DNA of 63,924 nucleotides, filler included, from Sphacelaria rigidula (taxonomy: Eukaryota): assembly GCA_964200075.2 (NCBI GenBank). It is 7 parts of 7 records of this genome, joined end to end, with 100 filler letters (N's around TTAATTAATTAA, not from the genome) between each part and the next. Parts side by side here need not be neighbours in the genome. Positions count along the whole stretch, not along the records: positions 18,296 to 27,342 come from CAXNAA020009437.1; positions 27,443 to 36,489 come from CAXNAA020009438.1; positions 36,590 to 45,635 come from CAXNAA020009439.1; 4 more parts are not named here. One strand, 5' to 3'. This document shows, one piece after another, positions 23,700-36,661 of the stretch. The stretch's first letter is position 1; the number at the start of each line of letters is the position of its first letter. Under the pieces are notes generated by a model. That model was not told where the DNA came from. It did not search any database and worked only from the letters and a program-made list of their open reading frames with translations. The position numbers and the translations under genes were made by a program.

Positions 23700-26600
23700 C
23701 AAGTCTGTGGGATTACACGTACACTGACAACTAACCAGTTAATGTAAAGGCATGGTGAGATCAGTTCAGCTGCTGGGCAGCTTTATCAAGATTGAATGGA
23801 AAACACACCGTGAAATTTTCACGTTCTGCAATGTCAGACAACAGTCTATGTTTTAGTATTCAATATCGGTAATAGAAGAGTATTGTATAGCTCACGAGGA
23901 TTGGATACACCCGTTTCCATCTACTGTCTAGGTTACAGTGAATTGAATAATGGTTTTGAAGGTAGACAGCGTGTTGGAGCTTGACTTCCTCAGGTATGCC
24001 GAGTATGATGTCGATTGGTAATCTGGGCTGTGTTCTGAAGAACAAACAATACGGTGTCTCTTGTACAGTACTGTGATAGGATGTGGCGTACGTCATTCGG
24101 ATGAACGGAAGCATGGATCCCCAATGTTTCGTTTCCAACTGACATATGCATAGCTAATATCGCGTGCATAGGAGAGTGGGTTCGTTCCGACACTGCATCA
24201 CCTTGCGGGCGTAACGGTGCCGTGCGAGTGTTATTGAAACCCAGCTCTTGTTGCCGAGCGTGTATTAGCTTGTTTCCAATTCGGCTCTTTGATTTGAATG
24301 CAGCTTTTCCGAGATGGCAACTGTAGTAAAACTCCGTCGATAAGATTTTTGGCTGCTGACGTAGCATGTTTTTTCGGCACCGGAATGAGCAAAGCATACT
24401 TTGTGAGGTCGTCCATTACGGACTGTACATATTTACATAGTACTCCGGCGTTTGACATCGAAGCTGCTTTGTATTCGACTAGGTCTGCCAACATTCTTTC
24501 GTATGGCAATCCTACCGGAACGTGTGCCATCGGTAAATTTTGGCCGGTCGTGGATCGTTTTTTCGGCGTTAGCAACCCTGACACAGTGTGCGTATTCCCG
24601 TGTTTGCCCTTTTTGCAATTGTTTTGCGGTTGACTGGCAGCTGTCGGTCATTGTGCACCGGCTTAGACGATCGAGCTTCCCAGCTGATATTTGAAAATGA
24701 TCCTGTGGTTCAGCTATTTGCAGCGCAGGGTCTTCTGGCACGTCACAACATATTCGTGTAAACAACGGCTTGATTTTAGCTCCGTGTCACTCTTCAAACG
24801 CAAACGGTCGTGAGAGGGTGTTCGAAATAACATCAAGTTCCTCCGGTTTTTGTCTCTCATCATCATGATTATTAATATGAAGTTCTCCCGTTTTTTCGTC
24901 TCTTGTATTGAGCTGATCTAGCCTAAAATCGTATTGCGTTTCAGCTTTACCTGTCGGCTCGACGGGTTGGTGATTTGTTTCATTGCTGTCTTATTTTTTG
25001 TCGAACACGTGCATACTGTTTTTGCAACAATGATGCCCGTGAATGCTAGGGGCACATCAGGCGATAGAATGTATTCCTCGGTTATTACGGGTGGCTGTAC
25101 GACAGCTGCTGTCGTTGTTGATGGGATGTTCTCCGTTTCGACTAACACTGCCATTGCGGTTGCCCACTGTTTTTATTTATGTTTTTCAGAGAAGGCTGGA
25201 AAGGGGTCGTTGAAAATTTCATACGAACAACAGAACGGCGTGTTGTTTCGGAGTGTATAGGATATCGTGAACCCTGTTGTTTTCGATGCGATGCTTTGAT
25301 TTTTATACTGGAATCATGGAGTCTCAGTTCTTCCGCCTGCCAATCGAGTATAGTTTTGAAAGCACTCATAATGGAATTGTCTAGTAATGAATATTCCGAC
25401 CCGGTGTATTGCTTTTTCCACGGCTGCTCTGAAGGCTGCTTAGAAACCAACTCTACTCGCGCACTTTTTCAGCTTCTGCTCCTTGCATGTACTTTCACGT
25501 AACAACTGGGGGTTGTTTTGGTGCCTCACCGGAGGCGTCCCTGTACTGACTAGGAAACCCGCTTCTCTCCGATATTTCTTCACCAGACTGTCGATACTTT
25601 TCTCCATTGCATGCGTACCGAGGCGTGAAATGTTGAACTGTCTGTAGTTTTGAACTCCTCTCAGCTTGTGAGCTGGGATGCGGTAAGACCGTCCCATACA
25701 CTTCCTTCTTTCGCTTGCTAAATGGTAGGGAGTGACAAGGTACTGCATTCGCAGGGTGGACACTTTTGTTTTAGTGCTATTTCGAGTCACCGTGTTTCCA
25801 GAGGTCGGCCCGCTTGATTAGTTACCATGCCTCTTGCGCTATGGTGGAGAAAGGTTGGTTGATAAGTGTGGCTTCGCTGTTTGATTAGCCATTTTGATGA
25901 CATATAATGCACGCTGATGAGACTGGTTTATTAACTGGCAAGTCATGAGTGACTTTAGATGATATCAGTTTTCAGCTGTGAAACTGTCTCATATTTGTCG
26001 ACTTGTATTTTGGTGATTTTGGAATTGAGAATTCGCTGAACACTGGTGTTGTTTGCCCGAAATTTGCTTCTCTTTTTCATGCCATGCGAATGCAAATCCG
26101 TATACATGAACGACTGAAAGGACGACCTGCTTTACCTCGGTTGGCAGCTATAGTAATTGTAGTGAAGTAGCAAGCAGAAGAGAGATAGTCTAGGGTGAAG
26201 AAATGATTCATAATTTCTACTGCTGGGATTTGTGTAGAAGAATCGAAGGGTTGAAGTAAAGAATAGCCAGAGGGGATTACCCACCGAAAGGCCGTGTTTT
26301 TTTTGTCGGCTACGATATTTGGGTAAGGTACTAGAGAGTAGGGAGGGACGTATCCTTCGGAAGGGTTTTTTCTCATTCCTTTTGTTTTGCTCCGAAGACT
26401 CAGTAGTAGATGAGTGCTCTGTCAGATGCAGATATATATGCCGCACGTAGTGTTGACAGCATGTAGCTTGATCGGGGTTTTTTGTTTTTTCCCTTTTGTT
26501 TTTGTGTGTTGGTTGGACCTTATCTTCCCCCGTGGCGAAGAAAACTTGGACTTTCGAATGACTCTCATTGTTTTTTGTGCTTTTTTCTCGGATCCTCCGG

Positions 26601-26700
26601 GCCGATTTCGCCCGATCGTCCGATCATGGTATTGCCTTTACATGTAGTGCCTTTACATCTGTCTTGATTGAGCACCGTGCACCCTCTTGTGCCCGAATTC
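23700..26700 (-). mobile_element. Degenerate Ty3/Gypsy remnant: gag and protease-region fragments followed by integrase; RT and RNase H not seen
   Basis: Integrase-like PYERMLADLVEY...SVMDDLTKYALLIPV, RPQGDAVSERTH and WGSMLPFIRMTYATSYHSTVQETPY; frameshifted. Confidence 0.8.
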
Positions 26701-28005
26701 TTCAACGCTTAGGATTGTTGGTCTACACGTTTTGTGGTGCGGGAGGAGGTATCGATGAAGCACTCTCGCCTCTTGTCATAGTCCACCAGGGCATCAACCA
26801 TGAGAACCATATGTCATGTGATGGGGACCTTGCAGTTGCGGATTCACGATGTCTGGATACAGACCGGCGGGTACTAGAATTGCATATCTAGGGCGACTAT
26901 TTCAGCGGTATACGGATCAACCACACGCCAGCTGCTGGGTTGATATGTACGTCATTGGTCGCGATCGTATCGGATGACGTGGAATTATCAGGGTTTAAGG
27001 GTAGATATATACGTAAGAAGATTTGAAGTTGAACCGCGGTTGAGTTATGACTTTGAGTGAAGACATGTCCGGGGCAGGCCGATATAGACGCCCTCTTGCT
27101 CACTCACTCTCTCATCGCCCCAGGGCTCCTCCAGCAGTACAGTATAGAGGACTTATCAACACTCCGCCCAGCGTCTGATAGACTTCAGCTATCCCCTTCT
27201 GCGGTGATTGAGCCTCAGGATCAAGGAGAAGTGAGTCTCCCCTGAGTGTACCACATCACCCTGTCCAATGAAACTACGAGTTCTGCTTTTGTTGGCCAAA
27301 TAAGCGCCCAATCAACCATTCGTCTCACTTCTTTCATTCTACNNNNNNNNNNNNNNNNNNNNNNNNNNNNNNNNNNNNNNNNNNNNTTAATTAATTAANN
27401 NNNNNNNNNNNNNNNNNNNNNNNNNNNNNNNNNNNNNNNNNNGCGCCTCCCCCCCCTCCGGCGGTATGCCCCCTTCCTTTTTTCGCAACTATGATCGAGT
27501 TTTTTTTTTTTGCGTTTTAGTGAGAGGGGGGTGCTGCTGCCAATAATATGATTCTCGTAGCACTTTCGTGGAGAGAGATTCCCGCCGTTTTTGTTTTGTT
27601 CTGTTTTGTCTTGTCCGGGTGTTGAGCGTTTCCTTGTGCGCTTTTTCATACGAAGAGCGAGTTGTATCGGTGGGTCGTGCATGTTTCCCACAGATTTTAC
27701 AGTCATGCTGCTCGATTTTTTCGTGTTCGTGTCACTTTCGTTCGTCCACCGCTTTTTATTCTCTGTTTTTTTTTGTGGCACTTCGAACCCCTCCCCTTCC
27801 TCGGGACGGGTTCGTGGTCTCCAGGGATCATCCCATCCCTCCCTCGGCACATGCCTTGCATTTTGGTTCCGCGGATTGGATCATGTCCAGCACTCCCGCA
27901 CCGCGTCAAGTCACGTCAAACAAACTCAGTCGACTACTTTGTGTACTCACGTTCTCACGCTGTATATATATACATATGTATATACTCATGAGTGTATAGT
28001 CAAGG

Positions 28006-28900
28006 TTCCACTTCGGGAGGCTGGTGTGAGCCTCCCCGGGGTGACGCAAGTCGAAAATATATAGTTTAGAGAGGCTGTTGTATCTCAATGTACAGTAGTA
28101 GTGATCGTGGCTGTACAAAGCATCGCATGTGTTATCGGATGTCGTTCGGAAATATGGGAATTCGGACGGAGGCCGACGGCGGAACCGCCCGCGTAGGACA
28201 TGTGTGGTATACCCGAGGTGCCAGAGTGCGAAGTGGCTCTCGTGCGGGAGGCACCCGAAATATTGGAATGCGTGGAACATTCATGAAATGTTCCTTGTTA
28301 TTTGTACATCACTGCAGCTTCCGCATCACGTCGCCTTTTTTTCAAACAGGGTGATCGTTATTCGCGGCCAAACCTTCCTGTGCTGCCGTGCTGCTGTGCC
28401 TTGTTCAACTCGCCCACGGCCCATTGCACGATCTCGTGTTTACTGCTGACTGAGGCCGAGGCAATGTTCAATTGTTTTCAACTGCTTTGCTCTCATGTCC
28501 TCGTGACATTGCCGGCACGAGCGGTGTGTTCGTGCTCCGAAATGAACGAGAACGCGACAGAGAGAAACACGGGGAAAAAATACCTCGCCAAAAATAATCC
28601 TGTTTGAAATCTTCCATGATCTTCTACAGGTTGTTGTGGTTCGGGTTCCTGTTTCAAGTTTCCCGTAATCTGGAAAAGTATTTTGTGGTTCGGGATCGAC
28701 ACCCCGCGAAAAAAGGCCAGTTTGAGCGATTTTCGGTGGCCGGAACACGCGCCACAGGTACCAGATGACACCCAAACCTGAACGGTAGTGTACCGCTGAG
28801 CCTTCTTAGTGCGCTGCAAAAGGCCTTGTCGCCAGAGAAAGCTCGGCAAAACTGGTAAAAAATGTGAAATGATACATGTACATATATATTGTACACAATA
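28006..28900 (-). mobile_element. Longer copy of the Helitron-like repeat family
   Basis: 28006-28065 is the reverse complement of the hairpin terminus at 1-430; 28440-28890 matches 30285-30710. Confidence 0.65.
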
Positions 28901-29375
28901 ACGCGCCCTTACATCGCCCTGCACATAAATATCTCCCCTTAAACCTACTGTTGGGAACAGTCCCAGCTAGATCCGATTTCTGTTCCTGCGCAGCGGTCTC
29001 GAATCGGGGGCCCAGTGATCCGAGGGAGAGTGCTAAGTGGATGTGTTTTTCCCGGGCAATATGTTGTTGCTCGAAGACCTCGGACAACCGTTGTTTTCGT
29101 TTCCAGCACTCGTATGTGACGTGATAATACTCACATAATAGGAGCACAACGTTGGGTGCACTTCATCCGCCTGTAGCGGAAAACCTCGCATCAAAATTTG
29201 AAATTTGCGTCACACGCCATTGTACTGTCATTCTCCCCTTCTGCGTTTTATACATGCACTTGGGCACACCCTCCATCATGCGCGTCGTCTCGTCCGTTCT
29301 CCCGCGCTTTTTTTTGCTGGTACGCCTCTTTTTGAATACCATCGTCTGCATCGTCTGCAACGCGGGAGGAGGCAG

Positions 29376-29651
29376 GTTCACACCACGTCTCTCATGCCGT
29401 ACGACCCGTCACCAACGAGTAACGGGGCGGTAAACGGCGGCGACAAGCACAATGATGATGATGCTGGTGATGGTGATGATAATGTTCATCATGGCACGAA
29501 TGGTGACGACGTACAACCGGTTCTTTCGGGCATCATTGTACCGCTGCTGGAGGCTTGTCGCCTGAGCTCCGACGGACTCGACCCTTCCGATGGAGCGGTG
29601 TTTATGCTCAACAACGTCGATGTCATGAGGGAGGCCTTAATAGCGCATGCG
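29376..29651 (+). CDS. COG6: Conserved oligomeric Golgi complex subunit 6, internal exon (phase 0/0)
   Basis: cag|GTT...GCG|gtgagt; DVQPVLSGIIVPLLEACRLSSDGLDPSDGAVFMLNNVDVMREAL aligns by eye to the COG6 C-terminal region. Confidence 0.88.
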
Positions 29652-30919
29652 GTGAGTGAGTGCTACGTTTTTTTTTTTTCTTGATGCGTAGGTATCACGG
29701 GAACCGTAGATAAGGTACCGTACCGAGCGTATCCCCGGTGTTCGCGGGGGTATCCCATACCGTTGTATGCGTGGGTATCGAAGGTATGTGTGTGTGTGTT
29801 GTCGTCCCATCTATTCTGGACGCCAGTCTACGCCTTTCGGTATATGTGGGCGCATCAGCCGNNNNNNNNNNCACAGGAGCTTTTTCTTTTTTATTTGTTT
29901 TCAGTACCCCACCTTCCTTCTGCGGTGCTTGCTTTTTTTGTTTCCCCAAAGAATTGCGATTCATTCCGAGCCATCTGCGTGCCCCGGTCGTCTCGCTAGT
30001 TGCGTCCTAGGGCCAGCAAGGACGTAGTTGAAGGTTTGATTCCCAGCAGATACAATACCACGCGATGTTTTCTCTCGAGAGGCTGTGAGGGCGTGAGTCG
30101 CAAAGAAAATGTGTGTGATAGAAGGGTGACACCGTGCGGGAGTGCTGATTCAAATCTGCGATACCACAGAGGTCAGGCATGTACCCGGGGGAAATATAGG
30201 TTAATGAATCGATCCCTTGAAGACTACGGACTCGTCCCGAGGGAGGAGGCGATGGGTTGAAAAATAAAAAGTATGGCACGAATATATTTACATGTATCAT
30301 TTCACTCTTTTCACCACTTTTGCCGAGTTTTTTCTGCCGGCAATGCATCTCATCACGCGCTTTTTTTTGCAGCGCACGAAGAAGGCGCAGCGGGACATTA
30401 CCGTTCAGGTTTGGGTGTCATCTGATAACTGTGCCGCGTGTTCTGGCCATCGAAAGTCGCCCGCACTGGCTCTTTTTCGCGGGGTGTCGATTCCGGACCA
30501 CCAAAGCCTTCCCAATTTCATGAAACACTTCAAGCAGCAGGATGATGGTTGGCGGGGTACTTTCCCCTCGTGTTTCTCTTCGTCGGGTTCTCGTTCATTC
30601 GGGAGCACGAGTACACCGTTCATGCCGCTAATGTCACGAGAACATGAGAACAATGCAGTTGAAAACAATCGAACATTACCTTGTCCTGAGTCAGCAGCAA
30701 ACACCAGACCGTGCGGTGAGCCTTTGACGAGTTGAACAAGGCACACACGTGGGCAAACGTCCCCACTGTGGGCCAACTGTGTAAAACCAGCAAAGCGGGG
30801 TGCCGAAATCCCTGTGATCATGCAACCCGTAGGATGCACCTGTGAAGTACTGGCGCAGGGATATCCTTGTGACAGGGTTCAGAGGTTTGTCCTTTTGACA
30901 GGGATGACAGGGAGAATCG

Positions 30920-31728
30920 TACGAGTACGCACCTCATGTATCTTTCGACGGCTTAGTATTTTATTTTCAGTACAATTCAAGCGTTGCTTTGCTTGTGGAT
31001 TTCTCCGCCGTGTCTGAACGAACCAGCCTGAAAATTGGCACAGAGGTAGACCAGAACACAGACAGTATATTCCGGATCGGCGGCACGTTTTACGTGGTGC
31101 GCCAGACGCACGAAGTGAATACGGATTCTGGGCAATGCCATCGATACGCCCTCAAAACGGAGTCCCCTCGACCCACACTGTGTGAGACGTCAGTGGATGC
31201 ATATATAGACACGCAGATGCGCTCACTTCCACATCATGACCTGCTGGGTGGCTCCTGCCCCGGCAAACGAGCATCGATCCGTATTGGGTACACTCTGGAT
31301 GATGTCATTTTCCGCGGTACCTATCTTGGTATCGCCTGTTGAGGTTCTCACTTCAGGAGGCACGGTCGTGCAAGCGCTGTTAGTGCCTTTACGCGCAATG
31401 TATATCATGTACATGTATCGTTTCACATTTTCACCGCTTTTGCCGATTTTTCTCTGGCGGCAAGGCATTTTTTCCCACACGTCCTATTGCAGCGCACCGA
31501 GAAGGCTCAGCGGTACATTACCGTTCAGGTTTCGGTACCATCTGATACCTGTGGCGCGTGTTCTGGCCACCGAAAGTCGCTTAAACTGGCCCTTTTTCGC
31601 GCGGTGTCGATCCCGAACCACAAAAGCCTCTTCAAGGTCGTGGAAAACTTGACAAAATATATATTTTCGACTTGCGTCACCCCCGGGAGGCCTGTACCAA
31701 CCCCCCGAAGGGGAACCTTGTATATATA
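30920..31728 (+). mobile_element. Intronic copy of the Helitron-like repeat (5' boundary uncertain)
   Basis: 31297-31728 closely matches 1-430, with the same hairpin-CTTG-(TA)n end. Confidence 0.65.
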
Positions 31729-32619
31729 ACATGTGTCAAGCTATCCCACGCAAGGGCGGGGATAACCCGAAGAAAAAAAAGGCAGTACTATATGCGTTGA
31801 CCTCATAGCTATATACGCGTCATTTTCCTGGACGAACGCTACTGTGACTTGACCAACCCTTCCCTCACAAGACTGTGTTTTGGATTATTACCCTGCTTCG
31901 TTCCACCACTCTTGTACTTCTTAACCCTTATCCTTATCCTGTATGGGGGGGGGGGGGGTTAGTGATTGCCCAAAAGTCGGTCCTCCGGGCTACAAAATTA
32001 TCCGATTGACACAAATGCCCACCCTCATACTGGGATGCCTCCCTGGAACTATCTGTGAAGTTTTACCGTCCAGACTGACGACAACGACAGCATGCCACGA
32101 ATTTATCTCCACCTCAAGTGACGCTTCAGGTTTCAGATGGGGTTCCTTCGTTCATACGCCAAGACAATGTCCACCGCGCTGTATCACGGAGAATGTATGC
32201 TTTTCTCTGTTGTTTTGTTTTTGTCCCTCGGGTTGCTGTTTTGTCTTTTTTTGCAGTACGAAAATTGTGATGTCATCAATAAGTTTTGCTTTTCAGGCGA
32301 CACCCTTTGTCGCACTCCAATTCCTCAAGGAAGAGCCGCGTATCTCCCTCTATTGACACATGGGTGACTGTAGTATACCTGAATACGGCCATATACCTTT
32401 GTGTGTCGTGGTATCTCGAGGGAATAATAAGCAAACAATAAGATTCGGCGTGTCTGTCGCTTGCGCTGTACGTGTGTAAAATCCTGTCATGTGTTTTACT
32501 ATTTTTTCTAAATGTAAGTTGTTGTTTGAATGTGTGCGAGTTTGCGTGTATGTGTGTCTTGACTCTCGTGTTTTTGCCTCTTGTGCTTTCGTTATGTCGC
32601 GTCGTCCCCGTTCGTGTAG

Positions 32620-32781
32620 CACACCGAAAAGTGGACGAACGAGCTGACGGAAAAAATGGACGCATGGCTGAAAGTTCTGGTACGTCATCAGGCGGACAAG
32701 GTCCTGCAGCGGTGTGGTCTTGCTCAAGCAGTTCGTGCCGCAGTCGCGGCCGAGAAGCACGAGGGTCCTGTTGACCAAGTG
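32620..32781 (+). CDS. COG6: COG6 internal exon (phase 0/0), HTEKWTNELTEKMDAWLKVLVRHQADKVLQRCGL...
   Basis: tag|CAC...GTG|gtgagt; 54 open codons; colinear with the next COG6 segment; not in the supplied ORF track. Confidence 0.85.
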
Positions 32782-33624
32782 GTGAGTTGAGCGACGTCGT
32801 TGCACGCACGTGAGGAGAAGGCATTGTTTTTTTTTTCAAAGTTTGTTGCAGTTGCTTTCGTCTCTGTTTTTTCTTCATACGTCCATTTTGTTTTGTGCCC
32901 GACGGCGGCATCTCAAAATGCGAAGTGTCGGTTCTGCTGCGACGAGGCATAGTACGTAAACTTTATTTCAACGGAAGAAGACAGAAAATGTCTAGAAAGA
33001 CGAAACGTTCTGTTATCGAGAAGGCAAGCAGGAGAGTACATTGATTGTTTTGCAGTGTTGAATATATTTTTTGAGGTGGAAATACGCGAAGTCGTCGTCA
33101 ATTATTTGTGGCTTGTTTTGTTTTGTTTTTTGGTTTCCCCATCATTGATCCAGCCTTCTTGTATATGTAGGTTGAATCCAACATGGATGGGCGAACGGAC
33201 GTCTTGTACTAGCCGTAACCCTGACTCTGACAAACCACCGCGCTGTACTGTATACCGTGTAGTCAACCGCGCAAACGACGCGCTGACGTCGGACCACGCC
33301 ACGTCGATGGTTGTGATGCTCCTTCACCCTTCGTGTGTAACTTCTTGTCTGTCTCGGCGATCCATACAAGAGCAGAGTACATCCATGTGAGCATTCGAAT
33401 GAAATGTGTTTCGCAACAAACTTTTAGGAGAAATTATTTTTCTGCTACTGTACTTGTACTCGAAATCGCTCCGCTGCGAAGACCATCTGTATGTGACACA
33501 GACCACGCCCCCCCGTTCCCCCACGAAGTCAATGGTCTTATGATTATGACATGCATGATGATGAGTACACCCCCCCGTTCACCCCCATTCCCCCATACTC
33601 CCGTCCCCCGTATCGTCCCATCAG

Positions 33625-33855
33625 CCAGGACTTGAGGCAATGTCCCTCTCCGGAGTTCTGCGGTCGTTCTACTCGTCGCTTTTCACGCTCGTGATGCCGG
33701 ACTTCGAGAGACTGACAAGACCGGGCACGCGTGCGGACGCCAGGCGGAGCACGGCCTTGCTCGTGGCGGAGGCGCACGAGACGGTATATCGCTTGGTTTC
33801 CCGCGAGGAAAGCGGCTATGCGGATCGTTCGTTTTTGCTGCACACGCCTGAGCAG
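33625..33855 (+). CDS. COG6: COG6 near-terminal exon (phase 0/0), PGLEAMSLSGVLRSFYSSL...FLLHTPEQ
   Basis: cag|CCA...CAG|gtgggt; the LHTPEQ ending matches the conserved COG6 C-terminus; the last micro-exon was not located. Confidence 0.88.
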
Positions 33856-34538
33856 GTGGGTGGGTCGGTTGGGGAGGACGTCGATCAGTGGATCTATCGG
33901 AACTACACAAGAACCGACAGTTATCCGATCGAGCACCGTACTATTATACTGAGATTGGAGGGGGGGGAGGGACGTACTGATTTGTTACTTGCCTTGGTCG
34001 TTTGACCAATGACTATGCATCCCTTTCGAGACGGAGCACCGTTGTTACCCCTAATAGGAAGACCTCCAACATTTAGGTGCTCATTACTTTTCTTACGTAT
34101 TTTACACAAGAGCTTTTACATATTTTATCCCCGCCCTGTTTCGGCGTCTTTGGCCACCATCTATCTCCGAGTATAGGGGGGGCGGGGCGGGAGGTGCCGT
34201 GCGCCCTAAATTACGGACTACGCGCAAGGCGCACCTGAAGGGCGAGGAAGCATCTATCGCGGGGAGTAATGGACTAATTTACTCGTGTATAAGTGGAATG
34301 GACTTGCTTGATATTCTTCGTAAGTGGCACATGGTGGAAGTGCAGACATTTAATTTTGCCTCACGCATGGGAAATCCCGGGTCAGGTTTCTCGTACAAGT
34401 AGCGGGGTGCTCTTTTGCCTTTTTTCTTTCTTCAAGTCAACAATCACTTGCTGAGTTTGGGTTGACCTAGACGACACACCATCGTTTCCTTTGCACAAGG
34501 GAAGAATTCCTGTGCAGAAATCCGACAGAACGCATGGA

Positions 34539-34540
<2 letters not shown>

Positions 34541-34602
<62 letters not shown>
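34541..34602. repeat. (AC)n microsatellite
   Basis: Read directly from the sequence. Confidence 0.98.
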
Positions 34603-34604
<2 letters not shown>

Positions 34605-36429
34605 ACGCATGCTGACGCCCTTCACCGTTCTCTGTGGGGGCGGGGTGTTGAGCGGCATTGAGAGGATGGAAATTTCTCGTCGTGGTTTCAACCTGCTGCT
34701 CGTCCTGCCTCGAATCCTGTACCCGGCGATTGCGAAGGAAAGTAGCCCTCGCGACGTTTGGTGGTGGGTGGTGCGTGAATGTTGGGCAGCGGTGAGGAGG
34801 AGGTGTTGTCGTGAGGTGTAAAAAGACATAAATGGAGAGCGGATTATCGTTTCTGAGCGCAGTGCTCGTTTTGAGTCGTTCGCTCTGACAGCACCCATTG
34901 CACCACACGGGGTGACCGAAAACGTCGGGTAGGGCTGAGAGAGCTCAAGTCCCCGCCCACCTATGGGGCTGGCGTCGGTCGGCAATGACGCTGTCAAACA
35001 TGCCACTCACTGCGTAAGCTCGGCGACCAGGTTACCGATTCGTTTTCGCGCGCTTGCGTCTTTTTTGCAGTAAAACATTATGGTGGTCGAGCTACATCAT
35101 GTTGTGCGGCGTGGGAGAGCCTCAACTCCGCGCAAAGGGGATGATCGTACTACGTGGTGTTTATATAGTGAGACACCCGTGAGGCAGTGTGTAAGCCGTG
35201 GCTGTTTCTGAAAGTGGCAATACCAGAAAATGAAGCAACTCGTTGTAGGCTGTTATCCAAATGCAAGATACTCAGTACGCTTCGGCCGAGCAATCTTAGC
35301 AGGATGCAGCTCACCCTTCATGCGACTCGCCCAACACACCACGGCGCTTCGCGCTTGGTGATTGAGTGCGAGCTTCGTCCGGCGAAAACCCCGCCCGTCC
35401 CGGCTTTGTAGGGATGCAAGGTCAATGGTCCTTAACGATGGTATTTCAATATCATGAGTACCCCCCCCCCCCGCCCACCCTCCCGCACAACAGTATGTAT
35501 AATAGATGATTGCTCATGTGTATCCAAGAGATATGATAACGCATGTTTGGTCATATCTTTGTTGCGTGTTTCGTAAAAGAAACATTTACGACCATTGATG
35601 CGCGTAGGAGCGAGTACATAACCTCTCGCAAGCGTCCCACGTTATGAAAAGCACTGCAGCTCTGGGCTCTCAGTCTTTGTTCCATCATTCTGTAGCAAGC
35701 CCATCCAGCTTTGCTTGCACTTGTAAAAATCCTTGCAAGTATCCGGAATCAAAGAGGAAAAGTGCGTCCGATATGGACTCGGGTCCACGGAGGAAAATGA
35801 TGAAGCATGTAAAACACTTTCTACGATAGACCAGCCCAAAATTGTCACGAAAAAATGACCATGCACTTTTTTGGGGGGGGGGTGGAGTGGGGGGGCGTAC
35901 TCATTCATTCATTGCCTCAGTCGTTTGACCATTGACCACATGCACTTTCAGGGGGGGGGGGGCTATCGTAGAAAGTGTCAGAAGAAAACAATATTTGGTA
36001 AAAGCTCTTTTTTTGCGGGTTAGGCACATGATGGCATTTTTGCACCAAGCCAAATCGGGATGCAATCGCTCAAAATCGCAAGAGCCCGATTTTAATCTAT
36101 AATACAAGTTATGATATCGAGTTGGACCATGTCGAGAAGCTCCATACACTCATACCTACATAGAGTGTGTAGTACAGCACTCCTTCTTCCCACACTGCGA
36201 ACCCAGTTTTACAGACACCGTGGTTTGTCGAAGGTGCGCTGCAGGTGGACCGCATATGAGCCACGAAGGGTGCGTAAATTAAACTCGTGCGCGTGAGTAT
36301 TGGTAGTGTTGGCCCGATTTTGTGCTGCTTTGGCAACAAAATACCGGATTGAAGTCCAGTTAGCAAATAATCGTCCGACATATAATTAAATCCATTACTG
36401 TACCCCTTGAACCGAGATGTTTTTTTGGT

Positions 36430-36462
<33 letters not shown>

Positions 36463-36661
36463 CTCCCGTCGGGGGACCCATCGCAGTTCNNNNNNNNNNN
36501 NNNNNNNNNNNNNNNNNNNNNNNNNNNNNNNNNTTAATTAATTAANNNNNNNNNNNNNNNNNNNNNNNNNNNNNNNNNNNNNNNNNNNNCTGTGGGGCAC
36601 TCACTCGGGAGGATACGCGTCTGATGGCGTAGATTCAGTGACGGGGTGTGTTGGGTATCAC

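Noticed and set aside
33856-34005. Read-through C-terminal extension of COG6
   Set aside because: Similarity ends at a good CAG|gtgggt donor, so this is probably intron
34382-35006. CV/HT-repeat ORFs
   Set aside because: Produced by the (AC)n microsatellite
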